From: Patescibacteria group bacterium
Lineage (GTDB): Bacteria; Patescibacteriota; Microgenomatia; Levybacterales; UBA12049
Assembly (NCBI GenBank): GCA_035510535.1
Contig: DATKGY010000041.1
Coordinates: 29,493-93,492 of the forward strand
Length of the DNA stretch: 64,000 nt
Direction of reading: 5' to 3'
Shown here: one piece after another, positions 38,428 through 48,085 of the stretch
Layout: every line of letters begins with the position of its first letter
How positions within the stretch are numbered: the stretch's first letter is position 1
Program-made: the position numbers and the translations under genes
Notes under the pieces: model-generated
Told to the model about the DNA's origin: nothing
Databases searched by the model: none
What the model saw: only the letters and a program-made list of their open reading frames with translations

Positions 38428-39530
38428 TAGTGCTTAAAAGCGACATAGAAAAAAAAGACATTGCCTATATTCATTCGAAAGCTAAAGAAGAGTTTGAAGT
38501 ATTGGGTGGGAATTCGGTTCTTCTAACAGGAGCAAACGGTTTCTTAGGATTTTATCTCGTTAAATCCATTCTTGCGTGGAACGATAGTAATCCAAACAAA
38601 AAAATAAAACTTTATGCGTTAAGTACCTTTAAAAAGGGCATGCCCAAATGGCTAAAGGAAATAAAAGGTAGAAAAGACTTAGTTGTTCTAAGAAAAGACA
38701 TCGGAGAATACAAACTTCCCTTAGGTATTGCATTTGATTATATAATCCATGGTGCTTCATTCGCGTCTCCGACCTTCTACAGACAAGATCCAATTGGTAC
38801 AATCAATGCCAATATTTTGGGTCTTTACAACGTGTTGAATTATATGGTTCAAAGAAGAAAGAAAAGCAGAGCAGTTTCCGGTTTATTATTCTTCTCGTCC
38901 AGCGAAGTATATGGAGATCCCACTGAAGGAAATATCCCAACCCCCGAAACCTATCGAGGAAATGTGTCATGCACCGGACCAAGAGCATGTTACGATGAGT
39001 CGAAAAGATTTGGGGAAACCCTTTGCATAAATCACGTTAAAGCATACGGTCTCCCAATAAGATCTGCCCGGCCTTGCAATAATTATGGTCCCGGTATGAA
39101 AATTACAGACGGAAGGGTAATTGCTGATTTCTCAAAAGATATTCTGGAGAATGAAGATATTGTCATGTTTTCAGACGGTAGTCCATCTAGAGCCTTTTGC
39201 TATGTTGCCGATGGGATTGTCGGATATTTAAAAGTACTCATAAAAGGAAGGGATGGGGAAGCATACAATATTGGTGTTGCTGGGCCCGAAGTATCAATGC
39301 TTAATTTAGCTAAAAAAATAGTTAAGATTGGGAAAGATAATTTTCATTATTCAGGAAAGATAGTAACTAAGAAGAATAAAGATAATGATTATTTAATAGA
39401 TAACCCTAGCCGCCGCTGTCCAATGATCGATAAGGCAAGGAAGGAATTAGGATATGCTCCGCAAATTTCCATAGACGAAGGTTTAGAAAGAGTATTGCGT
39501 TGGTATCACGATATTTATTACAGAGCTTAA
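38406..39530 (+). CDS. Extended SDR, UDP-glucuronate decarboxylase-like (UXS/ArnA C-terminal type).
   Basis: 'VLLTGANGFLG', catalytic 'YDESKRFGE' (UXS 'YDEGKR'-like), 'FSSSEVYG'. Start could be 38388 or 38406. Confidence 0.55.
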   Translation: MESVEAVIVLKSDIEKKDIAYIHSKAKEEFEVLGGNSVLLTGANGFLGFYLVKSILAWNDSNPNKKIKLYALSTFKKGMPKWLKEIKGRKDLVVLRKDIGEYKLPLGIAFDYIIHGASFASPTFYRQDPIGTINANILGLYNVLNYMVQRRKKSRAVSGLLFFSSSEVYGDPTEGNIPTPETYRGNVSCTGPRACYDESKRFGETLCINHVKAYGLPIRSARPCNNYGPGMKITDGRVIADFSKDILENEDIVMFSDGSPSRAFCYVADGIVGYLKVLIKGRDGEAYNIGVAGPEVSMLNLAKKIVKIGKDNFHYSGKIVTKKNKDNDYLIDNPSRRCPMIDKARKELGYAPQISIDEGLERVLRWYHDIYYRA

Positions 39531-39533
39531 AGT

Positions 39534-40886
39534 ATGAAAATAACCATTGTCGGGACAGGTTACGTGGGGCTAGTAACAGGAGTATCCTTAGCAAGGTTAG
39601 GACACAGAGTGATTTGCATTGGGAGAGACAAGAAAAAAATACTTAGTATCAATAGTGGTAAGTCACCTTTTTTTGAGCCGGGGCTAGACGTGCTGCTTAA
39701 AAAACTTGTGGGAAGAGGTTTAATTATCGCAACGAATAATCTTGAGGAAAGCGTAATGTCTAGCGACTTCACAATTTTAGCAGTCGGTACTCCAACATTG
39801 AAAGACAAAATAGACTTGTCGGAAATAGAAGAAGCATCAAAGCAAGTCGGAAACGCCTTGAAAAGCATTACGAAATATCACGTTGTTACTACGAAATCAA
39901 CGGTTATTCCCGGGACTACAGAATCGATTATTAAGCCTCTGCTTGAAAAATATTCCAATAAAATTGCCGGTAAAGATTTTGGTCTTTGTATGAACCCCGA
40001 ATTCTTAAGAGAAGGAAATGCGGTAGAAGATGCCACGAATCCCGACAGGATTGTAATTGGGCAATATGATAAAAAAAGCGGTCAACAGTTTGCGAAGATT
40101 TACAGCAAAGTTTCTTGCCCCAAAATTTTTACCAACCTAGCGACGGCAGAAATGACTAAGTACGCGAATAATGCGCTACTCGCGACACTTATAAGTTTTT
40201 CAAACGAAATTGCCAGAATATCCGAGGAAACAAAAGGGGTAGATATTCTTGATGTTTGGAAAGGTGTTCATTTAGATTCAAGATTAACTCCGAGGATAAA
40301 TAATAAACTTATTAGACCAGGAATTTTAAACTATATATTCTCCGGTTGCGGATATGGCGGAAGTTGCTTTCCGAAAGATACGAAAGCGTTAGCTGCATAC
40401 GCAAAAGAGATTGGTGTTAAGACAGAGCTCATTAATAGTGTTATAAATATTAATCGTACCCAACCGGCTCGAATGGTTTTGCTCTTAAAGCAAGCCTTAG
40501 GGAGCTTGAAGAATAAAAAAATTGCTGTTTTAGGATTAACATTTAAACCAAACACGAACGATCTAAGAGAGTCTCCGTCCATTTGGGCTATAAAATTACT
40601 ACTTGAAGAAGGGGCGGTAGTTGTTTGTCACGATCCCATAATTAATTCCAGCAGGATGGAATTAGAACATATGAATATTACGCTTACAAAAACAATCGAG
40701 GGAGTACTAAAAAACGCGGATGGAGTACTCCTGATGACTGCCTGGAACGAATATAAAAAACTTACGCCCGGTATCTTCAAAAAACACATGAGAAACGGCA
40801 TTGTTATTGATGGAAGGAGAATATTTAATAAAGCTCTTTTTTTAAATTCCGGGGTCATCTATAAGGCAATAGGTTATAATGGGTAA
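39534..40886 (+). CDS. ugd: UDP-glucose 6-dehydrogenase family nucleotide-sugar dehydrogenase.
   Basis: 'MKITIVGTGYVGLVTG', catalytic 'GCGYGGSCFPKD', 'NPEFLREG'. Confidence 0.85.
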   Translation: MKITIVGTGYVGLVTGVSLARLGHRVICIGRDKKKILSINSGKSPFFEPGLDVLLKKLVGRGLIIATNNLEESVMSSDFTILAVGTPTLKDKIDLSEIEEASKQVGNALKSITKYHVVTTKSTVIPGTTESIIKPLLEKYSNKIAGKDFGLCMNPEFLREGNAVEDATNPDRIVIGQYDKKSGQQFAKIYSKVSCPKIFTNLATAEMTKYANNALLATLISFSNEIARISEETKGVDILDVWKGVHLDSRLTPRINNKLIRPGILNYIFSGCGYGGSCFPKDTKALAAYAKEIGVKTELINSVININRTQPARMVLLLKQALGSLKNKKIAVLGLTFKPNTNDLRESPSIWAIKLLLEEGAVVVCHDPIINSSRMELEHMNITLTKTIEGVLKNADGVLLMTAWNEYKKLTPGIFKKHMRNGIVIDGRRIFNKALFLNSGVIYKAIGYNG

Positions 40887-40943
40887 GTAAAACGTTATAT
40901 AATAAGCTTATCTGGCGGTAAAAGCTTATAAAAGCTGTATATT

Positions 40944-41765
40944 ATGGACTATGAAGAGTTAAAACAACTTAAGCTACGGGTGAAAAAGCATCGAAGAACA
41001 ATTCTCTCAATGATTGTGCCTGTTCGCGCTTCCCACATCGGCTCATCCCTGTCAATAATCGATGTAATATTTTATCTATACTCGAAAGTCTTGCATGTAA
41101 ATCCAAAAAATCCGAACCTTGCTAATCGCGATCGCTTTATTTTAAGTAAAGGTTGGGGAGCGTCAGCGCTGTACTCCGTGCTGGCGGAAAAAGGTTTTTT
41201 CAAAAAATCATTACTTAAAACCTACCTTCATGATGGGAGTAAGCTAAATGGAACTACCACAAGAAACGGCACGCCGGGAATTGAAGCAACGACGGGTTCA
41301 GCGGGACATGGTTTACCTATAGGAGTAGGTATGGCGTTAGCCGGAAAATTGCAAAAAAAATCTTTTCGCGTGTTTGTAGTTTTAGGCGATGGAGAGTGCG
41401 CGGAGGGTTCTGTTTGGGAAGCAGCTTTGCAGGCAGGACAATATAAATTAGACAACCTAATTGTTATTGTTGATTATAATAAATTGCAGGGTTTCGGAAG
41501 AGTAAAGGATATTCTAGATTTTGAGCCTTTTGCTAAAAAATGGGAGGCATTTAAGTGGTCGGTTAAAGAAATCAACGGTCATGATTTTAATGAAATAGCG
41601 AAAGTATTTTCCAGATTACCCTTCGAGGAAAATAAGCCCAGCGTCATAATTGCTAACACCATAAAAGGCAAAGGCGTATCGATTTTTGAAGACAAAGGAG
41701 AATGGCACTACAAAACACCCAACCTAGAGGAAGTGGCTATTGCGCTAAGGGAGCTATCGGAATGA
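40944..41765 (+). CDS. Transketolase, N-terminal (TPP-binding) subunit.
   Basis: 'GHIGSSLS', 'GSAGHGLPIGVGMALA', 'GDGECAEGSVWEA'. Confidence 0.8.
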   Translation: MDYEELKQLKLRVKKHRRTILSMIVPVRASHIGSSLSIIDVIFYLYSKVLHVNPKNPNLANRDRFILSKGWGASALYSVLAEKGFFKKSLLKTYLHDGSKLNGTTTRNGTPGIEATTGSAGHGLPIGVGMALAGKLQKKSFRVFVVLGDGECAEGSVWEAALQAGQYKLDNLIVIVDYNKLQGFGRVKDILDFEPFAKKWEAFKWSVKEINGHDFNEIAKVFSRLPFEENKPSVIIANTIKGKGVSIFEDKGEWHYKTPNLEEVAIALRELSE

Positions 41766-42691
41766 GGACAGCCTTTTTAAACGAAATTACCAATTTGATG
41801 CGTAAGCATAAAGATATAATCGTTATTACGGCGGATATGGGATTTTCCGTATTCGAGGGTTTACAAAAAGAATTCCCCAATCGTTTTATGAATACGGGTA
41901 TTACTGAGCAAAGCTCAATAGGGATTGCTACGGGACTAGCATTATCAGGATATACCGTTTACTTTTATGCCCAAGCGCAATTTGCAACCATGAGATGTTT
42001 TGAACAAGTCAGACTGGATGTTGCATTTCATAATCTTAACGTAAAAATTATAGGCGTTGCGTCGGGATTTAGCACGAATCAATTAGGAGTGAGTCATTAT
42101 GCTATTGAAGATGTCGCGCTTATGAGATTATTACCAAACATGACCGTTCTTACACCTGGGGATCCATATGAATCTAGCGAGTTAACGCGCCTGTCTTATG
42201 AAACAGCAGGACCAGTCTATATAAGGATTAATAAAAGCGGTACGCCACTAGTGCATAATAATAAGAAACCGGCAATAGTCATTGGTAAAGGTCTTAAAAT
42301 TCGTGCTGGGAAAGGTTGCAGTCTTCTTGTGTCGGGTAGTTTGCTGCCTGTTGCTGTTGCAGCGGCCGATATGCTTTCAGAACAAGGTATACAGACATCT
42401 GTTATTTCTTTTCACACAGTTAAGCCTTTAGATAAAGCCTTGATTCTTCAGGAGGCAAGGTTCACGAAAAACATCTTTACTCTTGAGGACCATTTTATTA
42501 CAGGGGGATTTGGTAGCGCAGTCGCAGAAGTTTTAGCGGAAGCAAATAGTACAGCGAGATTTTTACGATTAGGAGTCCCTGATAGATTTACTAGCGTGGT
42601 AGGTTCTCAAGAATATCTTTTAGCAGAAAATGGACTTTCTAAAGAGGAAATAGTAAAAACTATTGTCCAGCATCTGAAGCATAAATTATGA
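41762..42691 (+). CDS. Transketolase, C-terminal (pyrimidine-binding) subunit.
   Basis: 'ITEQSSIGIATGLALSG', 'HYAIEDVALMRLLPNMTVLTPGDP'; ATGA overlap with the N-subunit. Confidence 0.8.
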   Translation: MRTAFLNEITNLMRKHKDIIVITADMGFSVFEGLQKEFPNRFMNTGITEQSSIGIATGLALSGYTVYFYAQAQFATMRCFEQVRLDVAFHNLNVKIIGVASGFSTNQLGVSHYAIEDVALMRLLPNMTVLTPGDPYESSELTRLSYETAGPVYIRINKSGTPLVHNNKKPAIVIGKGLKIRAGKGCSLLVSGSLLPVAVAAADMLSEQGIQTSVISFHTVKPLDKALILQEARFTKNIFTLEDHFITGGFGSAVAEVLAEANSTARFLRLGVPDRFTSVVGSQEYLLAENGLSKEEIVKTIVQHLKHKL

Positions 42692-43233
42692 TTTTTGTAA
42701 AAACTCAAATAGATGGATTATGCGTAGTTGAGTTGGAGCCAAAAAGAGACATGAGAGGATTTAATGCCCGCATTTTTAGTAAAGACCTCTTTAAGGAGCA
42801 ATCACTCGCTTTTTCAATAGTTCAAACGAACCAAGTGTTTTCTTTACGAAAAGGTACTATCCGGGGAATTCATATGCAGAAGAACCCAAAATCAGAAGAT
42901 AAACTTGTTCAATGCATACGAGGATCAATTTTTGATGTTGCAATAGATTTACGCAAAGAATCAAAGACTTATGGGCAAACGTTTAGCAAAATTTTAAGTT
43001 GGACGAACAAAGAAATGGTATTTATTCCAAAAGGAGTTGCGCATGGCTTTCAATCGTTGCAGGATAATAGCGTCATTCAATATTCTGTTTCCCAATACTA
43101 CTCTCCCAAATATGAAACCGGTATCCGTTGGAATGACCCCTTTTTTCACATAGATTGGCCCATTGAAAAAGTTATTGTATCAGAGAAAGATTCCGCATGG
43201 CCAGATTATATTTCATATCAAAAAGGGAAATAG
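42688..43233 (+). CDS. dTDP-4-dehydrorhamnose 3,5-epimerase-like cupin (RmlC family NDP-sugar epimerase).
   Basis: 'KTQIDGLCVVELEPKRDMRGFNARIFSKDLF', 'QTNQVFSLRKGTIRGIHMQ', 'FIPKGVAHGF'. Confidence 0.75.
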   Translation: MIFVKTQIDGLCVVELEPKRDMRGFNARIFSKDLFKEQSLAFSIVQTNQVFSLRKGTIRGIHMQKNPKSEDKLVQCIRGSIFDVAIDLRKESKTYGQTFSKILSWTNKEMVFIPKGVAHGFQSLQDNSVIQYSVSQYYSPKYETGIRWNDPFFHIDWPIEKVIVSEKDSAWPDYISYQKGK

Positions 43234-43264
43234 AATTTCCTAGACAAGCTAAGATTAAGACCAA

Positions 43265-45403
43265 ATGAAAAAAACATTCAAATACATTCTCTCATTGGCT
43301 ATTATTGCACTCTTAACTTACTCAAGATGGTTTTCGTTTAATATTTTCACAAATGGAGACTGGCTCTTTATCTTCTCCAATTCTCTTGCCAAGTCTTCTT
43401 ATATTTATTCATGGTTCTCATTAGCGGATCTTGGTTCGGTCAATATTATTCTTTGGAGATTTATATTTAGCTTGTCGGAAAGTTTTATTGCCAATCTTGG
43501 TTACTCATTAAATGTATCGGAAAAAATTTTATTTTTTTGGCCCACAATTATTTTCGCAAACCTTTTTGGATATTTGTTGTTTAAGAAAATACTTAAATCG
43601 AATATAGCATCTTTTATTGCTACGATAGTTTTTAATTACAATACCTACTATTTAGTAATAGGTAGCGGATTTTTAATCTACGCAGCGACGCCTTGGCTAC
43701 TGCTGTCTCTTTTAATATTTATGAAAGCTTTAGAAGCAGAAAAAAAATATTTATTTGTATTTTCAGGCCTAACTCTTTTCGTAGCGGGTTCATATGATTT
43801 TAGAATTGCATATATGGGGGTGTTACTTTTATTTGCTTATTCCCTGTACCAAATATTTTTTATTGAAAAGCTTAAGCCATCGGTGAAGGCTTTAAAGAAC
43901 TTGTTTCGTTCCTTTATTACATTTCTTATTTTTGGATTATTAAATGTCTACTGGATTCTGCCGATGCTTAAACTCGGTTCTCTAACGAGCAATATAATTC
44001 TTGGCAGAGGGCTTTTTGGTAGCCAGTTTCTAAACGTTTTATATGCCATAACGCTATTTCATCCTTTCTGGACCGGAACAAAATCGGCGTGGTTTACGAT
44101 AGAACCTATTGCGGTTTATTTCTGGTTAATTCCAATCTTTGCTTTTTTGGGGCTTTGGTTAAACAGACAAAATAAATACGTTTTATTTTTTGGAATCATT
44201 GCATTAGTAGGTATATTTTTAACGAAACAGGAAGCCGATCCGTTTCCCGGTATTTATCCATGGCTTTATACGCACTTAATAGGTTTTAACGCTTTTAGGG
44301 AAGCAAGCAAGTTTTATTTTTTAATTGCCTTAGGCTACGCAGTTTTAGTCGGTGGATTTATTTCGTATATATTTGAGAATTTCAAGAATGTGAGAATTTA
44401 TTTTAAATATGCGCTTGTAATATTTATAGCTGGCTTATTTCTGTGGAACATAAAACCTTTTCTGACGGGTGAAATAGGAGGAATTTTTGTCCCCAGAATC
44501 ATTCCCAGCGATTATCTTATTGTTAAAAATTTTGTTTTAAAAGACAAAGAATATTATAGAACTTTTTGGATTCCCAGCATGTCAACGTGGAGCATATACA
44601 CGACAGATCATCCTTTGATAAACATGACGCTTGCTCTTTCGGAATACAGTTATTGGAGCAATTCGTTTAGAAGTACATCAGCTAGTACGTATACTCCTGC
44701 CGAATTAATGACAATGGCGTTAAAACTTAAGAATTCGGGTAATGTATTAGATATCTCTTCCGTGAAGTATGTTTTTGTTCCAACAAGGGACATAGCAAAC
44801 GACGAAGATTTTTTTGTTTTTTATGGAAAATCAAGACAGTATTATATTGATCAGCTAAACAAATTAGTATACCTTAAGAAAATAAATATTGGCACAAAAG
44901 ATGTTGTTGTCTACGAAAATAAAAATTACAAGCCCCATATATATACGACAGTAGAAAAAGAAACTATTTCAAGAAATGTTGGATATAAAACCATAAATTA
45001 TGAGTTTATAAACCCAACGGAATACACGTTTTCAGTTAAAAACGCTTCTTCTCCTTTCTATCTTAATTTTTCCGAAGGCTATAATCCGCAATGGAATTTA
45101 AGGGTAGGAAGTTTTAGCTGGATAGAAGTGTTGGTAAAGGGCAACTATTTTATTGATGATAAGTACCACTTACAAAATGACGCTAATTTAAATTCTTACT
45201 ATATAAATCCTAATACTATTTGTAAAATACAAAGCTGCAAAATAAATAAAGACGGGAGCTATGATATTTCGGGAACTTTATATTTCAAACCTCAAAGCTA
45301 TGCGTATTTAGGTTTAGTCATTAGCGGTGGTGTTTTGATTTCCGTTCTCTGCTTTCTACTCGTTGTTTTCAGCAAAATTCTATATGAAAGAAAAATTAAA
45401 TAA
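43265..45403 (+). CDS. Large (712 aa) polytopic membrane protein of unknown function, possibly GT-C-like, with a large extracytoplasmic C-terminal domain and a terminal TM helix.
   Basis: Hydrophobicity pattern only. Confidence 0.4.
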   Translation: MKKTFKYILSLAIIALLTYSRWFSFNIFTNGDWLFIFSNSLAKSSYIYSWFSLADLGSVNIILWRFIFSLSESFIANLGYSLNVSEKILFFWPTIIFANLFGYLLFKKILKSNIASFIATIVFNYNTYYLVIGSGFLIYAATPWLLLSLLIFMKALEAEKKYLFVFSGLTLFVAGSYDFRIAYMGVLLLFAYSLYQIFFIEKLKPSVKALKNLFRSFITFLIFGLLNVYWILPMLKLGSLTSNIILGRGLFGSQFLNVLYAITLFHPFWTGTKSAWFTIEPIAVYFWLIPIFAFLGLWLNRQNKYVLFFGIIALVGIFLTKQEADPFPGIYPWLYTHLIGFNAFREASKFYFLIALGYAVLVGGFISYIFENFKNVRIYFKYALVIFIAGLFLWNIKPFLTGEIGGIFVPRIIPSDYLIVKNFVLKDKEYYRTFWIPSMSTWSIYTTDHPLINMTLALSEYSYWSNSFRSTSASTYTPAELMTMALKLKNSGNVLDISSVKYVFVPTRDIANDEDFFVFYGKSRQYYIDQLNKLVYLKKINIGTKDVVVYENKNYKPHIYTTVEKETISRNVGYKTINYEFINPTEYTFSVKNASSPFYLNFSEGYNPQWNLRVGSFSWIEVLVKGNYFIDDKYHLQNDANLNSYYINPNTICKIQSCKINKDGSYDISGTLYFKPQSYAYLGLVISGGVLISVLCFLLVVFSKILYERKIK

Positions 45404-46502
45404 ACGACAAGCTTTTTCGTTAAGAAGTAAATACATCAAATTTGTAATAATTCCCTTATTCTTATTATCGATTTGGATTGGACTCACCTCTTTATATATA
45501 CTACGTTTAGATACTGCATTCTCTCTCCTTTCTTATAATTTGCCGGAAACTGTTTTTACACATTTGCCTCAGGGTAAGTTAGAAAAAGGTGGTTTTGTTT
45601 CCGGTGAGTTTAAGGCCAGGGATAATAACCTCGGTATTCTTTCTTTGCGTTTTCAGACTTTTTTTAGACCGGCCTATGATGACGAAGATCTCCTACTGTT
45701 TCAGATTAAGCAAAAAGATTCTAAGGATTGGTATTACGAAACTATTTACCGCGATGGAACTATTTATGACGTTCCCTTTTTCCCATTCGGTTTTCCAATA
45801 ATTGCCGATTCTAAGAATAAAACGTACGAATTCAAATTAACCTCCCTAAGAGGAAACGACAACAACTCTGTAGCTCTAAGCACAAGATGGCAGAGTATCG
45901 CGGCCAAATACAAATTCACTAAAAGTGAACTTCTGCAAAATAAATTGGAACTATTTGACTTCTCAATTAAGAAATTCGCTAATTCTTTAGGAACTATAGA
46001 TGTTTTATTCTCTTCTTTTGTCTACTTACTACCTTTACTTTTCTACCTAATGCTTTTATCTCCGCCAGGAAGATACATAATGAGAAGATATTTAGAAGAG
46101 CCAACAAAATTTATATGGGAGAAATTGTCTAAGTTTGGCGGATTAAAGCCATTAGGCTTTTTGCCTTCTTCTCATGATCCTTCTCAGCAAACTGTAAGTA
46201 TTTCTTTTGATATGATCTTGCTCGGAGCTGCCTTAGCAGATGGACTTTATTTACAGCTCGGCAATGATTTTGTTTATCTTTTGGTTCCTACTCTTTGGGT
46301 TTTAATTCAGGGATACTTTGGGTTTACTAGTAGGAAAACTTTTCTTGTAGGAATTGCTTTATTGTTATTTTCTCCTATTTTTCTACAGTTTAATCTAGGG
46401 CAAATTGCCGAAAAGATGGGAGTATGGGCTTTTTTGTTTTTAGTGGCAGGAACGATCCAGCTGGTGTGGGAAGTTAAGCAGGAAAAAGTTTCCACAAATT
46501 AG
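45384..46502 (+). CDS. Membrane-anchored hypothetical protein.
   Basis: N-terminal TM 'FVIIPLFLLSIWIGLTSLYIL'; central soluble domain; C-terminal TMs. Confidence 0.4.
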   Translation: MKEKLNKRQAFSLRSKYIKFVIIPLFLLSIWIGLTSLYILRLDTAFSLLSYNLPETVFTHLPQGKLEKGGFVSGEFKARDNNLGILSLRFQTFFRPAYDDEDLLLFQIKQKDSKDWYYETIYRDGTIYDVPFFPFGFPIIADSKNKTYEFKLTSLRGNDNNSVALSTRWQSIAAKYKFTKSELLQNKLELFDFSIKKFANSLGTIDVLFSSFVYLLPLLFYLMLLSPPGRYIMRRYLEEPTKFIWEKLSKFGGLKPLGFLPSSHDPSQQTVSISFDMILLGAALADGLYLQLGNDFVYLLVPTLWVLIQGYFGFTSRKTFLVGIALLLFSPIFLQFNLGQIAEKMGVWAFLFLVAGTIQLVWEVKQEKVSTN

Positions 46503-46535
46503 ACTGCAGAGCTAATAAATGATAAAATAAAAACT

Positions 46536-47474
46536 ATGATTTCCGCAGTTGTGCCCGCATTTAACGAGGAAGAAAGTTTTAGTGAGCTTTATGGGGAATT
46601 AACAAAGGTTTTACCTGCGCTCGACAACAACTACGAAATTATATTTATTGACGATGGATCAACGGATAACTCTTTGGATGTTCTTAAAAAAATTGCAGCA
46701 AAAGATAAAAAGGTAAGAATTTTTTCTTTCAGGAAGCATAGAGGTAAGGCAGATGCCTTAATAGCCGGTTTTAGGGTGGCCAAAGGTGATTATATCTTCA
46801 CTATGGATTCAGACTTGGAAGATAAGCCCTCGGAGATGCTAAAGCTCTATAAAAAAATAAAAGAGGGGAATGACGTGGTCGTAGGCTGGAGGAAGAACAG
46901 AAAGCATTCGCTAAGTAGAGTAATTTCTTCAAGATTTTCAAATTTCGTAATAAGTTTATTGTGGGGATTTAAGCTTCATGATCATAATTGTGGCTTAAAG
47001 GTGTTTACAAAAGATGCGGCAAAGTCTCTGCGCCTTTATGGCGGTCTGTATCGATTTATGCTGCTATTGGTTTATCTAAAAGGATTTAAGGTAGCAGAAG
47101 TAGAGATTGTTCACCAAAACAGGAAGTATGGAAAATCGAAATATGGATTTTTTAGGTTATGGAGAGATGTGCCGGATGCGCTAACGATTTTTTTCCTTAC
47201 TAAGTTTGGGGAAAGGCCACTTCATTTTTTTGGATTTATTGGTGGAATAGTTTCCGCAATCGGACTGATTATTCTCACATATTTAGCTGTTCTTCATTTT
47301 CAAGGAGAAAAGATAGGCAACAGGCCACTTCTGACTTATGGGGTACTCTTTGTTGTCGCTGGATTCCAGATTTTATTTACAGGGTTTTTAGCTGATCTTA
47401 TTTTACATATCTCACAAAAGGGCAATCATGAGAATGAAGTACCTGCTGAAATGTTTAAATATAAAACCGAATGA
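46536..47474 (+). CDS. GT2 polyprenol-phosphate glycosyltransferase (GtrB/ArnC-like) with two C-terminal TM helices.
   Basis: 'ISAVVPAFNEEESF...IIFIDDGSTDNS', 'MDSDLED'; C-terminal helices. Confidence 0.85.
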   Translation: MISAVVPAFNEEESFSELYGELTKVLPALDNNYEIIFIDDGSTDNSLDVLKKIAAKDKKVRIFSFRKHRGKADALIAGFRVAKGDYIFTMDSDLEDKPSEMLKLYKKIKEGNDVVVGWRKNRKHSLSRVISSRFSNFVISLLWGFKLHDHNCGLKVFTKDAAKSLRLYGGLYRFMLLLVYLKGFKVAEVEIVHQNRKYGKSKYGFFRLWRDVPDALTIFFLTKFGERPLHFFGFIGGIVSAIGLIILTYLAVLHFQGEKIGNRPLLTYGVLFVVAGFQILFTGFLADLILHISQKGNHENEVPAEMFKYKTE

Positions 47475-48043
47475 AGATAGGCATTGATATTTCTCAATTG
47501 GCGTATCCGGAAACGGGAGTGGCGAATTATTTAGAAAATCTTGTTGAAAATTTAGTTCAAGTAGATTCGGAGAACGAGTATATACTTTTTTACTCCTCGT
47601 TAAGAAAAAATTTTCAATTTTCAATTTTCAATTTTCAATCAAATCCAAATGTTTCAATTAAACAATTTAGGATACCGCCGACGGCTTTAGATATTCTTTG
47701 GAACAAGTTACATATTCTTCCGATAGAAAATTTTATTGGCGAGGTCGATATTTTTATCACTTCCGACTGGACAGAGCCGCCCGCCAAAAAAGCCAAGAAA
47801 GCAACGATTCTTTACGATCTCATGATTTACAAATATCCCGAAGAATCTCACCACCAGACCCAGTTCAATCCTCTTAAAATGATTATCTCTCCGAACGTTG
47901 TTGAAGTTCAAAAGCGAAAATTACAATGGGTAAAGAAAGAGTCGCAAAGAATTTTGTGTATTTCTGAAGCTACAAAAAGAGATGCACAGGAGATTTTGGG
48001 AATTCCTCAAAGCAAGCTAGCGGTAATTTACCCGGGCTTCTAG
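47471..48043 (+). pseudogene. Truncated GT4 glycosyltransferase: N-terminal Rossmann domain only (190 aa), ending where the C-domain should begin.
   Basis: 'MKIGIDISQLAYPETGVANYLENL' is paralogous to the N-termini of the GT4s at 21549, 49062 and 62221. The ORF stops at 'AVIYPGF', with no donor-binding half. Confidence 0.55.
47611..47638. repeat. (TTTTCAA)x4 heptanucleotide tandem repeat inside the GT4 fragment.
   Basis: ttttcaattttcaattttcaattttcaa; encodes NFQFSIFNFQ. Confidence 0.9.
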
Positions 48044-48046
48044 ACA

Positions 48047-48085
48047 TATCTGGAAATATTTGGTAATATCTGGAAGTATATGGAA
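48047..48085. promoter_or_regulatory. Two tandem ~19-nt direct repeats (ATATCTGGAARTATWTGG) overlapping the fic start codon. Candidate operator or insertion junction.
   Basis: atatctggaaatatttggta / atatctggaagtatatggaa read directly. Confidence 0.4.

Noticed and set aside
38388-39530. Considered calling this SDR CDP-glucose 4,6-dehydratase (RfbG) because it follows rfbF.
   Set aside because: Its catalytic 'YDESKR' and 'GANGFLG' Rossmann motifs, and its length, fit UXS/ArnA-type decarboxylases better than RfbG ('GHTGFKG', ~360 aa with a different YxxxK context). Left as UXS-like with moderate confidence.
40944-42691. Split transketolase as a dedicated sugar-branching enzyme.
   Set aside because: Not rejected outright, but down-weighted. 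Split tkt genes are the ordinary housekeeping transketolase in many small genomes, so its presence here may be coincidental.
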